Part shown: positions 1-10,305 of the stretch, one piece after another
Numbering within the stretch: position 1 is the first letter of the stretch
Layout: the number at the start of each line of letters is the position of its first letter
Notes under the pieces: model-generated
Databases searched by the model: none
Told to the model about the DNA's origin: nothing
The model's input: only the letters and a program-made list of their open reading frames with translations
Position numbers and translations under genes: made by a program
Source of the DNA: a virus
IMG/VR virus record: IMGVR_UViG_3300031952_002809
Span: 32,001 to 96,000 of that record
DNA: 64,000 nucleotides
Strand: one strand, 5' to 3'

Positions 1-1581
1 AGATCCGCAAGCAAGAGATCGAGTACCATAGCCAAAGAAACTAAAAGTTCTTTTGAAACAATTCTTGGAGAAACAAAAGAGCTTGATAAGCTTATTACTG
101 AACGCGATGCAGTGATTCGTTCGTTAGAATGCGAATTGCAAAATATAAATACAGTCAAACACAAAAGAGATGAGAAAGCTACCAAAGTAGCTGCTTTGCA
201 GAATGTTAAAAATATACGAGTTACTCTGGTTGAGTATGAATCCTTAAAAACTAAAGGAATTCAGGAAGTAGCTAATCTCACTTCTAAAAAAACTGAAACA
301 GAGAATTCTTTAAAAAAAATAGCATCAGATTTTACTAAAATAAAAGAAGAATTCGCTTCATTCGAAAACTTCGATAGTTCTTCTGTTCAGTCTTCCCTCG
401 ATGTGCTCGCTCGTACACTTGATACGGTATCCATGCAAATGTCTTATGCGAATAAACAAATACAAGTTACTGTTGAAGAAATAGCATATAATAATGCTGA
501 ACTTAGCTTACTAGAGAAAAATAAAACAAATCTATCTGAAGGAATTTGTAATCAGTGTAAACAACCTGTGACGAAGGAACATATTGAAAAACTTTTAGCT
601 GATACTTCAGAGAAAAGTGTTCAATTACTTCAGATTAAGGAAACTCTTGAAAAAACAAGAAATACTATTCAAAAAGAAATAGATTTCTATTCAGCTGAAG
701 TTATGCAGACTCAAGAAGAGATTAAGTCTAATAAAGATAAACTAGATAAATATGTAGAATTGCACACTAAAATGGAAATTGCAGAAGAAACATATAAAAA
801 GCTCAATGATGACCTGATTCTTGCTCTAAAAAATATTAATACTCAGATTTTAAATGCACAAGTGGGCATTGAAGAGTACGATACTAAAATAAATGATCTT
901 AAGAAGCAAATACCTGAAAATGTACATATTGATATTAATGTGTTAAGTCAAGAACTGGATGCTTTGAATAGAACTGTAGAGGATTTGATACGAAAACAGG
1001 GAAAATTGCAAGAACTTGAGGAAAGTACGGAAATTCAAAAAAATGTTCTGAAGGATAAGAAAAATAAACTTAAAAAACTGCAGGAAAATCTATATTATTT
1101 GGAAGTACTGGGTGAGGCATTCAGAGATATTCCCGCCGAGCTTTTTAAGGAATCTGTAATTGATGTAGAGAACTATGCCAATGAGATAATTAGAGCAATA
1201 TATCATAAATTCAAAATAAAGATTTATGAAGATGAGACTAAGAAAAATCGTCCGCTCATGATTGCGTTTGAAGTCGATGGAAAATACAGAAATTACAAAC
1301 TTCTTAGCGGCGGCCAGCAAAGCATTTGCGCTATTGGACTGAGGATGGGATTTAACAGAATTTTATCCCAACGTTCGAAAGTTTCTCTTAATTTTTTGAT
1401 CCTGGACGAGATTTTTGGTTCCTTGGACAAATTCAACAGGGAAGAGGTTTTGCGCATGCTTAACGGCCTTACTAAATTCTTCCCTCAGATTTTGGTTATA
1501 ACCCATACAGAGGAAGACCATATATTTCCTAAGCTGATAAAGGTCAGAATGGATAGTATGGGAAACAGTTCGATAACATGA
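1..1581 (+). CDS. Rad50/SbcC/gp46-like SMC-family ATPase, 5'-truncated by window edge
   Basis: Frame is open from base 1. Long coiled coil with CNQC zinc hook, ABC signature LSGGQ, Walker B/D-loop LILDEIFGSLD and H-loop VITH. Confidence 0.9.
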   Translation, partial: RSASKRSSTIAKETKSSFETILGETKELDKLITERDAVIRSLECELQNINTVKHKRDEKATKVAALQNVKNIRVTLVEYESLKTKGIQEVANLTSKKTETENSLKKIASDFTKIKEEFASFENFDSSSVQSSLDVLARTLDTVSMQMSYANKQIQVTVEEIAYNNAELSLLEKNKTNLSEGICNQCKQPVTKEHIEKLLADTSEKSVQLLQIKETLEKTRNTIQKEIDFYSAEVMQTQEEIKSNKDKLDKYVELHTKMEIAEETYKKLNDDLILALKNINTQILNAQVGIEEYDTKINDLKKQIPENVHIDINVLSQELDALNRTVEDLIRKQGKLQELEESTEIQKNVLKDKKNKLKKLQENLYYLEVLGEAFRDIPAELFKESVIDVENYANEIIRAIYHKFKIKIYEDETKKNRPLMIAFEVDGKYRNYKLLSGGQQSICAIGLRMGFNRILSQRSKVSLNFLILDEIFGSLDKFNREEVLRMLNGLTKFFPQILVITHTEEDHIFPKLIKVRMDSMGNSSIT

Positions 1582-1611
1582 GATAATATAAAATGAACTA
1601 GGAGATGCACA

Positions 1612-3060
1612 ATGCTATTAGAAAAAGTATATGATGATTTTATCAGACACACAGGATTAGTTGATTCTGTTTATAAGACTGTGTTCATTAACATTTCTAA
1701 TATTCTTACAAAGATACAATCGATATCTTGGGATTACTTAAAGTATTCTACAGATACGGATGAAACATTGTATAAATTTGATGAGGTGACTAAAGTTCCT
1801 AGGTATGTGGTCGAACTTCTTCAAAATGTTTTTAAAAACTATTATACACTTCCATCAAATGCAATAATAGAAATCGGTGTTTCTATTGGGACAGATTCGT
1901 ATAAAATATTAAATTCTGAATCTGGTACAAAGATACCAACTGAGCTGGAATTTATCGATAAGTATGAATTATACAATATGTTCATTTTGGATAAACCAGT
2001 ATACGATTTATTTGGAGCATTTGATGATGAATTTAGATTTACTCGAGCGTTTCAAACAAGCATTAAAGATATTTTTCATCCTTTAAAAAAGAAATTTGAA
2101 CAATCCGATACAACTTCTTATATTATTGAGAACAATGTATCACAAAACACAGTAGCAACTGCGCAATTGCATGTTACTACACTACAAAGTAAAATACAGG
2201 AAATTCTTGTTGAGTTAGAAGCTCAAAGAAATAAAACAAGTATTCTTATGGATTCCCGAAATAAAATATTTTCTGGTGTTAATTCTCGTGAATCTTTAAT
2301 TATGGATAAAGAGAAGTATACTATCGAATATACTACTCTTAAAATTACTAAAGACGGTCATGATGAGAAACGTGATAAATTAAAAGCTATACTTACCGAT
2401 ATAAATGCTGAATTAAGCGATCTTGCAGCTAAAAAAGCTTCAGAAGAGCTTGTAGAGTTTCTTGTGCGAAAGAAAGCAACCTTCGAAAAAGAACTTACTT
2501 CAGTTGAATCATTAATATATGACTTTACTTCTTTTCTAGAGGATCTCGCAAATAAAATTAGAGATATTACTACCCATTTGTCTCAGATAGACACATACAC
2601 AACAAATGATATAACAGCTCTTGATGCACAAATACAAGCTTCAAATGAACGTCAGGATGATTTATACGGTGTTCTTGTTGGGCTTGAGACAGAATTGAAA
2701 CATCAGAATAAAATATCAGAAGAGATTGCTTTGAAAAATGAAAAGGCAAGTTCTTATGGTGATATCACAATCCAAAATATAGAAAACAGTGCAATTGTCA
2801 GCCATTTGGCAACATCACTAAATCCTTCATCTGTTATTACTGTTCTTAATTATCTTCGGTATTACTTTGCATACTATTCAACACAAATTGCGAATGATCT
2901 TATTACAGCTAATTCTGAGTTAGATTCTACTATTGCGCATGCTGTCGCTGCTAAATTATTTCTCGTTCGCTGCTTCGGTTTATATTTTAATCAAATGTTC
3001 TCTGCTGTAGATTTTGCTGATAATAGAATAGTTAAAGTAATATCGATAGTTAAGGATTAA
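1612..3060 (+). CDS. Hypothetical protein with long central coiled coil
   Basis: 482 aa ORF with AGGAG RBS; heptad-rich central ~190 aa between two globular-looking ends. Confidence 0.75.
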   Translation: MLLEKVYDDFIRHTGLVDSVYKTVFINISNILTKIQSISWDYLKYSTDTDETLYKFDEVTKVPRYVVELLQNVFKNYYTLPSNAIIEIGVSIGTDSYKILNSESGTKIPTELEFIDKYELYNMFILDKPVYDLFGAFDDEFRFTRAFQTSIKDIFHPLKKKFEQSDTTSYIIENNVSQNTVATAQLHVTTLQSKIQEILVELEAQRNKTSILMDSRNKIFSGVNSRESLIMDKEKYTIEYTTLKITKDGHDEKRDKLKAILTDINAELSDLAAKKASEELVEFLVRKKATFEKELTSVESLIYDFTSFLEDLANKIRDITTHLSQIDTYTTNDITALDAQIQASNERQDDLYGVLVGLETELKHQNKISEEIALKNEKASSYGDITIQNIENSAIVSHLATSLNPSSVITVLNYLRYYFAYYSTQIANDLITANSELDSTIAHAVAAKLFLVRCFGLYFNQMFSAVDFADNRIVKVISIVKD

Positions 3061-3063
3061 AAG

Positions 3064-3468
3064 ATGTTACCATTGCTTGAAAGACTATTTGTTTCTCAAG
3101 GAAAGAAGGCAGCTAAAACATTTGATGATACTAGAAAAATGACTGTTATACAAAATGCAATTTCGAAACATAGAAAGGAGTTAGATGAAGTTGAATATGG
3201 AATGCTTCTTGAAAAGAAGAATGAAGTATTTATATCTCTAAAAGATTTTCTTGATTTAATTGAATTAGAAGATCTATCGATGGATATCATCTTAAAGAAA
3301 TGCAAGCATATATCCGAGATAGACACAAAGTCATCCGTTGTTGAAATGTATTCTATTGTGGAAAATAATCATGTTGTTCTTTGTCCAGATGCTAAAAAGT
3401 GCGAAATACATAAATCAAGTCCAATGACTAAAATACGAATTGCTACTATTCGAGGGGTGCGCGAATGA
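3064..3468 (+). CDS. Hypothetical protein
   Basis: 134 aa ORF tightly packed in the operon; no recognised motif. Confidence 0.65.
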   Translation: MLPLLERLFVSQGKKAAKTFDDTRKMTVIQNAISKHRKELDEVEYGMLLEKKNEVFISLKDFLDLIELEDLSMDIILKKCKHISEIDTKSSVVEMYSIVENNHVVLCPDAKKCEIHKSSPMTKIRIATIRGVRE

Positions 3469-4247
3469 GTAATGATACCAGTCTTGCTGTAGTCAATAAT
3501 GCAGTTATTGTTTCTGAAGCCTTGGAAACATCATTTGGAAAGTATGTAAAGAAGAGCAGAATATGCAATATATGCATTAGAAATGACGCTATGGAGATAA
3601 ACCAGCTTCGAGCTCGAGATCACATGTCATACCACGACATATCAGCTCAGAAGCAAGTAACCATTGACGCGCTTACCGTTCATTTCAAAAATCATTTCAT
3701 TATATCTAAGAACAATCAACAACTCATCGATCTCCGAGAAAACTCAAGTCAAGAATCTAATGAAATCGTTCAGAGAATATTAGAAGGAGAGATTGATTTC
3801 TTTGGTGGGGCTCAAAGCGTCTTATTATCAAAGATACAACGGTTAAGTCCCATACAGAATCGTCTCAATCATCTTTCAGACCAGCAAGAAATCGATAACT
3901 TAGATGATATCGAAAAGCAAGAGTACATACTGCTTAACAAACTTGCTGAAGGTATTGAAAATTCTATAATGACCGTCCATCAAATTATGGATAAGAAGTT
4001 ATTTCCTTCAAACAAAGAGGAATTAGTAAAAGCAACGTTATCATACAAACTCAGTGTTCTTTCTAAATTTGTCGATGACATTGTCACCGTTCTTATTGAA
4101 TTTGAAAAGAACCCTGAGTATCAGGAATTGGTACATCAGATACGACAGGCTTTGTCACAGCGTGTATCTGCCATCGAAACAATAATACTAAAATCAGGTG
4201 GTGAACTTCGAGCAATAGATATAGTAGAAGGAGGTACGAGTGAGTAG
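3465..4247 (+). CDS. Zn-binding HTH protein (CxxC...H..H), possibly terminase small subunit-like
   Basis: CNIC...MSYHDISAQKQVTIDALTVHFKNH followed by a helical domain; ATGA overlap with the upstream gene. Confidence 0.55.
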   Translation: MSNDTSLAVVNNAVIVSEALETSFGKYVKKSRICNICIRNDAMEINQLRARDHMSYHDISAQKQVTIDALTVHFKNHFIISKNNQQLIDLRENSSQESNEIVQRILEGEIDFFGGAQSVLLSKIQRLSPIQNRLNHLSDQQEIDNLDDIEKQEYILLNKLAEGIENSIMTVHQIMDKKLFPSNKEELVKATLSYKLSVLSKFVDDIVTVLIEFEKNPEYQELVHQIRQALSQRVSAIETIILKSGGELRAIDIVEGGTSE

Positions 4248-4283
4248 AAATTTTTAAAATATACTTTTTTAGGAGAAATAATA

Positions 4284-6767
4284 ATGGCGATACAAGAGGG
4301 AAATCCGTTTGTGCAGCGCTTACCCCAGCAAGTTTGGATGGAGAATTATAAATGGGAGACCGATGAAACTGTATGGGATACATTTAGGCGGGTTGCAAAA
4401 TATGTTGCGTCAGTGGAGAAAGATAAAAAATATTGGGAAGAAAGATATTACAAATTGTTATCAGAGTTTAAATATATTCCTGGTGGAAGAATATTATCCA
4501 ATGCTGGAACAAATTTAAAAGGAACGTCACTTTTGAATTGTTACGTATCGGGATTCCGTGGTAAGAATCAAGATAGTATTTCAAGTATCTACGAGGAATT
4601 GGCGCGGCAGGCAAAGATTTTAGCATCTGAGGGAGGGTACGGCTGTAATTTTGACGTGTTGCGCCCACGGGGCTCCTTTGTTACGGGTATTGGTGTAGAA
4701 ACATCAGGAACAATTCAATTTATGGAATTATGGGACACATCTTCTACAGCACTAACTAAAGGAAGTGGCGGTTTTAAAAAAGATAACAAGGGTAAGAATA
4801 AAATAAGAAAGGGTGCTATGATGGCGTGCATGTCCTGCTGGAATCCGGGAATAGAAGAATTCATTACAGCGAAAAGAAATCCGGGGGCATTAACTAAATT
4901 TAATCTAAGCGTTCTTATAACAAAAGAATTTATTTCTTGTGTAAAGAAAAACTTACCGTGGAGTTTGGAGTTTCCTGATACCACTTTTGAGAAATACGAT
5001 GATGAGTGGGATGGTAATTTACGAAAGTGGAAGGAAAAGGAATATCCTGTTCGCACATGGAAAACTTTTGAGAGTGCTTGTGAACTTTGGGACTTGATCA
5101 TAACCTCGACCTATACAAGGAGTGAGCCGGGTGTTATTTTTATTGATAGGATTAATGAACTAAATAATTTATATTACTGTGAAGATATAACAGCTGTTAA
5201 TCCTTGCGCTGAAGAGCCATTGCCTATTGACGGATCTTGTAATCTCGGTTCAATTAACATAATTCAATATATAAATGAAAAGGGGGATGGAGTAGACTTT
5301 TCTAAGCTAAAAGAAGACATACCTGCCATTGTTAGATTTCAGGATGCAATTATTGATTTAACAAATTATCCTTTGGCGGGACAAAAAGAAGAAGGAATTA
5401 AAAAGAGACGGGTTGGGATAGGTTATACTGGATATGGATCTATGCTGTATTTGTTAAAAATTCCATATGCCTCAGAGGAAGCATTGAAATTTACAGAAAA
5501 AATGGTTAAGTTTATTACTAATCAAATATATCAAGCTTCTTCTGATCTAGCGCAGGAGAAGGGGTGTTTTCCTTCTTTCGATTCTGAGAAATACTTAAAA
5601 TCTAAATTTATAAAGCAAGCGCTTACTGAAGCTACTGTTGAGAAAATAAGACAGCATGGTATTAGAAATAGTCATTTGACAACTATAGCTCCCACAGGGA
5701 ACACTTCGATATTTGCTAATAATTGTTCAGGCGGTCTAGAGCCTGTCGTATCGGCAAAATATACTCGCACAATCATAGAATCTAACCCTCCAGAAGATTT
5801 AATACAACCTATTAATATTGATTGGGATTTACACACATATGAGGTAGAAAATGGTTGGGAATGGATTATGGAGGGGGATGAGTGGATACTTAGTAAAACA
5901 TTCAATGGCATAGTATATAAGATAGATAGAAACAGAGGACTCACCAGAGAAGAAGAAGTTTCTGATTATGCTGTATTACAGATGGGGAAAGATTTCGATG
6001 ATAAAGCTGAATATGCTAAAAATATATTTAATTTGAAAGTAGAAGAACATATAGAAACTATGAAAGTATTTGCTAGATATATTGATGCATCTATCTCAAA
6101 AACGATAAATGTTCCTAACAACTATGCGTATGAAGATTTCAAAAATGTTTATATGCAAGCATATGATTCTGGATATATCAAAGGCATTACCACATACAGA
6201 GAAGGAACGATGGCGAATGTTTTGTCTGTGAAAGGATCAGAGGCTAAGTACGATTGTGCGGAAAAAGAAACCCCCGAACGACCTAAGTCAGTACCTTGTC
6301 ACATTCATAGGATTACTGTCAAAGGGGAAAAATGGTTGGTGTTTGTAGGATTAGACGAAGGTCGTCCTTTTGAGGTTTTTGCTGGTAAGGTAGATTTGGT
6401 AGATGTACCTTCATCCATTACAGAGGGGAGCATTATAAGACTAAAAAGTGGAGTCTACCAATTAGAGTATGATGGTGAAATTATTATAAAAGATATTGGA
6501 AAGATATTTGATTCGAGTGCTGAGGAAGCTATTACAAGGTTAATTTCTCTACATTTAAAACGTAGAACGCCTATTTATGATCTTATTGATCAACTCAGTA
6601 AATCCTATGGAACGATTATTGATTTTAATAAATCTATAACGAGAGCACTTAAAAAGTATATTAAGGATCGAGAAACTACAGACAAGTGTCCGACTTGTGG
6701 GGCTAATCTTGTATATCAGGAAGGGTGTTTATCTTGCAGAAGTTGTGGAATGGCAAAGTGTGGATAA
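4284..6767 (+). CDS. nrdJ: Adenosylcobalamin-dependent (class II) ribonucleotide reductase
   Basis: PGGRILSNAG, NCYV, EPGVIFID, NPCAEEPL, CNLGSIN, TIAPTG, SISKTIN and KGITTYR motifs; C-terminal CPTC..CRSC zinc ribbon; no nrdB nearby. Confidence 0.92.
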   Translation: MAIQEGNPFVQRLPQQVWMENYKWETDETVWDTFRRVAKYVASVEKDKKYWEERYYKLLSEFKYIPGGRILSNAGTNLKGTSLLNCYVSGFRGKNQDSISSIYEELARQAKILASEGGYGCNFDVLRPRGSFVTGIGVETSGTIQFMELWDTSSTALTKGSGGFKKDNKGKNKIRKGAMMACMSCWNPGIEEFITAKRNPGALTKFNLSVLITKEFISCVKKNLPWSLEFPDTTFEKYDDEWDGNLRKWKEKEYPVRTWKTFESACELWDLIITSTYTRSEPGVIFIDRINELNNLYYCEDITAVNPCAEEPLPIDGSCNLGSINIIQYINEKGDGVDFSKLKEDIPAIVRFQDAIIDLTNYPLAGQKEEGIKKRRVGIGYTGYGSMLYLLKIPYASEEALKFTEKMVKFITNQIYQASSDLAQEKGCFPSFDSEKYLKSKFIKQALTEATVEKIRQHGIRNSHLTTIAPTGNTSIFANNCSGGLEPVVSAKYTRTIIESNPPEDLIQPINIDWDLHTYEVENGWEWIMEGDEWILSKTFNGIVYKIDRNRGLTREEEVSDYAVLQMGKDFDDKAEYAKNIFNLKVEEHIETMKVFARYIDASISKTINVPNNYAYEDFKNVYMQAYDSGYIKGITTYREGTMANVLSVKGSEAKYDCAEKETPERPKSVPCHIHRITVKGEKWLVFVGLDEGRPFEVFAGKVDLVDVPSSITEGSIIRLKSGVYQLEYDGEIIIKDIGKIFDSSAEEAITRLISLHLKRRTPIYDLIDQLSKSYGTIIDFNKSITRALKKYIKDRETTDKCPTCGANLVYQEGCLSCRSCGMAKCG

Positions 6768-6792
6768 AAAAATTTAATGAGAGGTATTTTTT

Positions 6793-6978
6793 ATGGAATG
6801 TGTAGTAATAACAGGAACAAGCGCAGCAGATCTTCAAACGAATATTAATGCATGGCTCGCTGCACCGGAATTTGAGATGACAGTTAAGTTTGTGTCTTTG
6901 TCTGAGGGAACTGTGGGAGCAGCTGTATTAAAGGCAATAATTTTCTATGAAAAAGCAACACATTCGGTTCGTAGCTAA
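6793..6978 (+). CDS. Small hypothetical protein
   Basis: 61 aa, GAGG RBS, beta-alpha-beta-beta pattern. Confidence 0.6.
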   Translation: MECVVITGTSAADLQTNINAWLAAPEFEMTVKFVSLSEGTVGAAVLKAIIFYEKATHSVRS

Positions 6979-6990
6979 GGGGTAGTTACC

Positions 6991-7476
6991 ATGCATACCA
7001 AGATAGATGAAAGTAATTTAATATATACGTATGAAAATGAAATTCCTATTGATATCGTACTTGATCCAGATTCGACAATACCTTCTTACGCTCATGTAGG
7101 GGACGCTGGTATGGATTTGGTAGCAAGTCAAGATACAACTCTTGCTGCATTTACTGCTCAAGCAGTTTCAACAGGAATAAAAATATCTATTCCTATGGGA
7201 TATGAAGGGCAAGTTCGTCCTCGTAGTGGGTTGTCTTTGAAAGGTGTTACTGTATATAACTCGCCAGGCACTATCGACGCAATTTTTCGGGGGGAAGTTA
7301 AGGTTATCCTTATGTACATACCACCATCTTCAGATAATATGGCATATGAAATAAAAAAGGGTGACAGAATTGCTCAATTGGTTATAGCTAAATGTTATCG
7401 TGCTCAATTGAATCCGGCACTGTTTCTTGTTGAAACTACAAGAGGTGCTGGGGGGCTTGGGTCAAGTGGGATATAG
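6991..7476 (+). CDS. dut: Trimeric dUTPase
   Basis: Motifs GDAGMDL, RPRSGL, GTIDAIFRGE, GDRIAQL and RGAGGLGSSG. Confidence 0.95.
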   Translation: MHTKIDESNLIYTYENEIPIDIVLDPDSTIPSYAHVGDAGMDLVASQDTTLAAFTAQAVSTGIKISIPMGYEGQVRPRSGLSLKGVTVYNSPGTIDAIFRGEVKVILMYIPPSSDNMAYEIKKGDRIAQLVIAKCYRAQLNPALFLVETTRGAGGLGSSGI

Positions 7477-7486
7477 GGAGGTAATC

Positions 7487-8170
7487 ATGGATTTGGTAAT
7501 GGATTTAACCGCATTAAAAACAGACAGGATTATTATTGTGGGTGAACTTCTTGGGGAATATGACAAACTCATTGGTTTGTTGTATCAACAAAAATTTTGC
7601 TTTAACGATACTCTTATCTTTACTGGAAATTTTATTGATGCTGATAAAGCTCTTGAACCCACAAATGAAAAGCAAATGAATGCTATAACCTTTGTACGGA
7701 ATACGATTAACACATATTCTGTTAAGGGTAAGAACGAATTTTCTTTTCTTAGAAAACTCGAAGATTCTGGAGATCCTCAATGGCTTTCTACCAACTCCAA
7801 AAGGGATGAAATCGTAAAATTTATTGATGAATTGCCCTTAATAATTAAGATTTCAGATTATATTTACATAGTGAATGCGGGAGTTCAACCTAATAAACCG
7901 CTCACTGAGCAAGATCCAGAGGTGTTTTACTCAATAAGTGAATATGATCCTGATAGTAGATTCTATCAGTTTGAGAATCCCTCTCATAAATCATGGTATG
8001 ATTTTGATATGTATGAGGGGGAAAGACTTCTTAAATTTTGCTTTGGTGGATCGGATTTGAATCAGATTGAGGTTCCTGCTGGGTATTGCCTTGGAAGAAC
8101 GGCAGGCAACCAATTGAAGGTTTTGGTATTTCGAAAGAATTATCCAAATCCTATTATACTGCAAGCTTAG
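7487..8170 (+). CDS. Calcineurin-like metallophosphoesterase fold, catalytically degenerate
   Basis: ATG at 7487 after GGAGG. Motif order is preserved but the motifs are altered: IVGELLG, FTGNFID, VKGKNE, IVNAG, FCFGGS. Confidence 0.7.
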   Translation: MDLVMDLTALKTDRIIIVGELLGEYDKLIGLLYQQKFCFNDTLIFTGNFIDADKALEPTNEKQMNAITFVRNTINTYSVKGKNEFSFLRKLEDSGDPQWLSTNSKRDEIVKFIDELPLIIKISDYIYIVNAGVQPNKPLTEQDPEVFYSISEYDPDSRFYQFENPSHKSWYDFDMYEGERLLKFCFGGSDLNQIEVPAGYCLGRTAGNQLKVLVFRKNYPNPIILQA

Positions 8171-8180
8171 GAGAAAAGTA

Positions 8181-8612
8181 ATGATGAGACAAATTCACCG
8201 CCATTCTATGAAAGAAGATGAGTACATTAATGAACTGTACCAACTGCTACGAAGAGGATCAGATGATTCTTCTATATCGGATTGGGTAGCTTCAAGAGGA
8301 CTTCGTCATTCAAATCAGATGCTTAAAAATACTTTTAAGTACGCTGGAAGAGAGGATTTGATTGAGTACCTTATCAAAGAGGAAGATATTGCTATAGGTG
8401 ATCCTATTCGCTCCCGATTTACTGGAAGATTCGGAAAAGTTACTGGCCTTCATAAAGATGGGTCTACCATTGAAGTTCTTTGGGAAGCTGGTGGCAGACA
8501 GCTTCTTAGCAAAGAATCTGTCTTTAAAATGAAAGAGAAGAATATTGATAGCGTGAAAGATCTGACCAAAGTGAAGTCAGTATATGATAATTACGGCGAC
8601 ATTGAGAAATAA
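8181..8612 (+). CDS. Hypothetical protein with C-terminal SH3/KOW-like domain
   Basis: IAIGDPIRSRFTGRFGKVTGL...IEVLW pattern; AGGAG RBS. Confidence 0.55.
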   Translation: MMRQIHRHSMKEDEYINELYQLLRRGSDDSSISDWVASRGLRHSNQMLKNTFKYAGREDLIEYLIKEEDIAIGDPIRSRFTGRFGKVTGLHKDGSTIEVLWEAGGRQLLSKESVFKMKEKNIDSVKDLTKVKSVYDNYGDIEK

Positions 8613-8923
8613 TGTATAGCCAAGAAGTTTATGATATCATTGAACGTTTGAAGGAACGTGTCAAAGATGATTTATTAGCAGATGATCTTAATATGCTTTC
8701 TCTTTATTCAGAAATGAGATCTAACGCATTATATGAATTGGAGAAGCATAATAAATCGCACATGCGCAATATTCAATCGCTTATGGAAAATTTAGATTCT
8801 GCTGAAGCTGCTTTTGATAATATGGAGATGAGTAATAAAACGCTTAAGGGTTTACTTCTTCGAGCTACAACAGATGCTGCAGCTGGAAAGAAACGGCCTA
8901 GCTCAGATGATGGTGAGGATTAG
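8612..8923 (+). CDS. Hypothetical coiled-coil protein
   Basis: 103 aa, TAATG coupling to the upstream gene. Confidence 0.6.
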   Translation: MYSQEVYDIIERLKERVKDDLLADDLNMLSLYSEMRSNALYELEKHNKSHMRNIQSLMENLDSAEAAFDNMEMSNKTLKGLLLRATTDAAAGKKRPSSDDGED

Positions 8924-8928
8924 TACTA

Positions 8929-10221
8929 ATGCAGAATAAGTATAGTGCATTCTCTCCTAAAGATATTGCAGAGTATGTTTCGAATCTCTATGAAAAATTA
9001 AGTCATGGTCTTGATCTTACATTTAAAGAAGAGGATTTTCTTGTTGAGCTTCCAGATGATTTTCTTGAGGATGTGGATGAACTTAAACAATTCAAAACTC
9101 CTCTTGAAGAACAACCCACACAGCCCCGAGTAAAGCGTGTTAAACAAAAAAAGCCAACAGATAAAAAATTAACTACAGAAGAGGCTGATGAGCTATTAGC
9201 AGCATCTCCTGAAATGACAGTTCTTAATCAGTTCTTTCCCCAGGTATTTGATAATGATATTTTCTTTGCTGAAGAAGACCCCAGTGATATCGATGCATCA
9301 ATAAACACATTTATCTATTTACGGGACCTTGGTTATAAAACAGGTATGTGGGTTATTGGTCCTGAACATAAAGCAGACCATTGCCATCCCACTGAAAGAA
9401 GTGGCGGATTACCTATTTGTGATTATCTTAATTCCGCTTCGATTAATTTAGATGATATAATAACACAGGCACAGTCGTATGCAGACGCACATTCATTTTT
9501 TCCTCCGAAAGCCCTTATCGCACAGAGTCATCCTGGTTGCAGGTGCCACCTGGTATGCTTCCAGCCCAACTCACCAGAGGAAATACCAGATACAGCACCA
9601 GGCCTTCCTACGTTCGGCGAGCCGGAAGAAATACTGAGTTATAAGAAGCAAATATTTGAGAAACTTCAGACATTCCCTGTTGACCGGTGGACAATGCTGT
9701 CACCACTTATCTATATGGAAGTTAATCAAGCCGATGCACATATTGTTGATGAAGGTGATGTGTATCAGACGACGCCATATGTTAAAGAACAAAAATTATA
9801 TAAACAGAAATATAAGTCATCCTTATTTGATGAAGAACGTTTGATACATAGTGCCTCTGATTGGATAGATGAGATACAACCAATAAAAATATCAAAGAGT
9901 TATTTATTCAAATCTAGTATGGGTCCAGTACGGCCAATACCAAACACATATGTTGGATTTCAGCTTAGTGTAACTGATACGCACGCCATGGTATTTCTTG
10001 GCGATATCTCCAGAACAATACTTGCTCCCCGAGATTGTGTTGAAGCTATTGATCTCCATCCAGTATCTTTAGAAGAGATGGATTCTAACTCTTTTATGAG
10101 AATAGATGATTCGTACGGTCTGGTAATCCGAGTACTTGAAGACGGCAAAGCACAATGCTACTTACCAGATTTTGATGAAATTGTTTCCGTATACCCCGAA
10201 TCAGCATTTAACGTATTATAA
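8929..10221 (+). CDS. Protein with Mu gpF/SPP1 gp7-like HPxCRC metal-binding motif
   Basis: ICDYL...HPGCRCHL in the central region. Confidence 0.5.
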   Translation: MQNKYSAFSPKDIAEYVSNLYEKLSHGLDLTFKEEDFLVELPDDFLEDVDELKQFKTPLEEQPTQPRVKRVKQKKPTDKKLTTEEADELLAASPEMTVLNQFFPQVFDNDIFFAEEDPSDIDASINTFIYLRDLGYKTGMWVIGPEHKADHCHPTERSGGLPICDYLNSASINLDDIITQAQSYADAHSFFPPKALIAQSHPGCRCHLVCFQPNSPEEIPDTAPGLPTFGEPEEILSYKKQIFEKLQTFPVDRWTMLSPLIYMEVNQADAHIVDEGDVYQTTPYVKEQKLYKQKYKSSLFDEERLIHSASDWIDEIQPIKISKSYLFKSSMGPVRPIPNTYVGFQLSVTDTHAMVFLGDISRTILAPRDCVEAIDLHPVSLEEMDSNSFMRIDDSYGLVIRVLEDGKAQCYLPDFDEIVSVYPESAFNVL

Positions 10222-10256
10222 AATTGGATAAAAATCTATTTTATTTTAAAAAATAT

Positions 10257-10284
10257 TTGACATATAATTATGTCTCGATAAAAC
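10257..10284 (+). promoter_or_regulatory. Sigma70-like promoter overlapped by a palindromic operator
   Basis: TTGACA (10257-62) and TAAAAC (10279-84) with an AT-rich UP region; inverted repeat GACATA-taat-TATGTC at 10259-10274. Confidence 0.55.
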
Positions 10285-10305
10285 GTAGGGTAGTTACGGG
10301 GGTAT

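Noticed and set aside
4284-6767. Intron or intein in the ribonucleotide reductase
   Set aside because: The ORF is continuous, catalytic motifs are uninterrupted, and no C...HN splice motifs are present.
7427-7486. Longer ORF-track starts (7427, 10979, 30217, 49654, 59245, 59912)
   Set aside because: Downstream ATGs with better RBS context or no gene overlap (7487, 11072, 30229, 49705, 59323, 59963) fit better.
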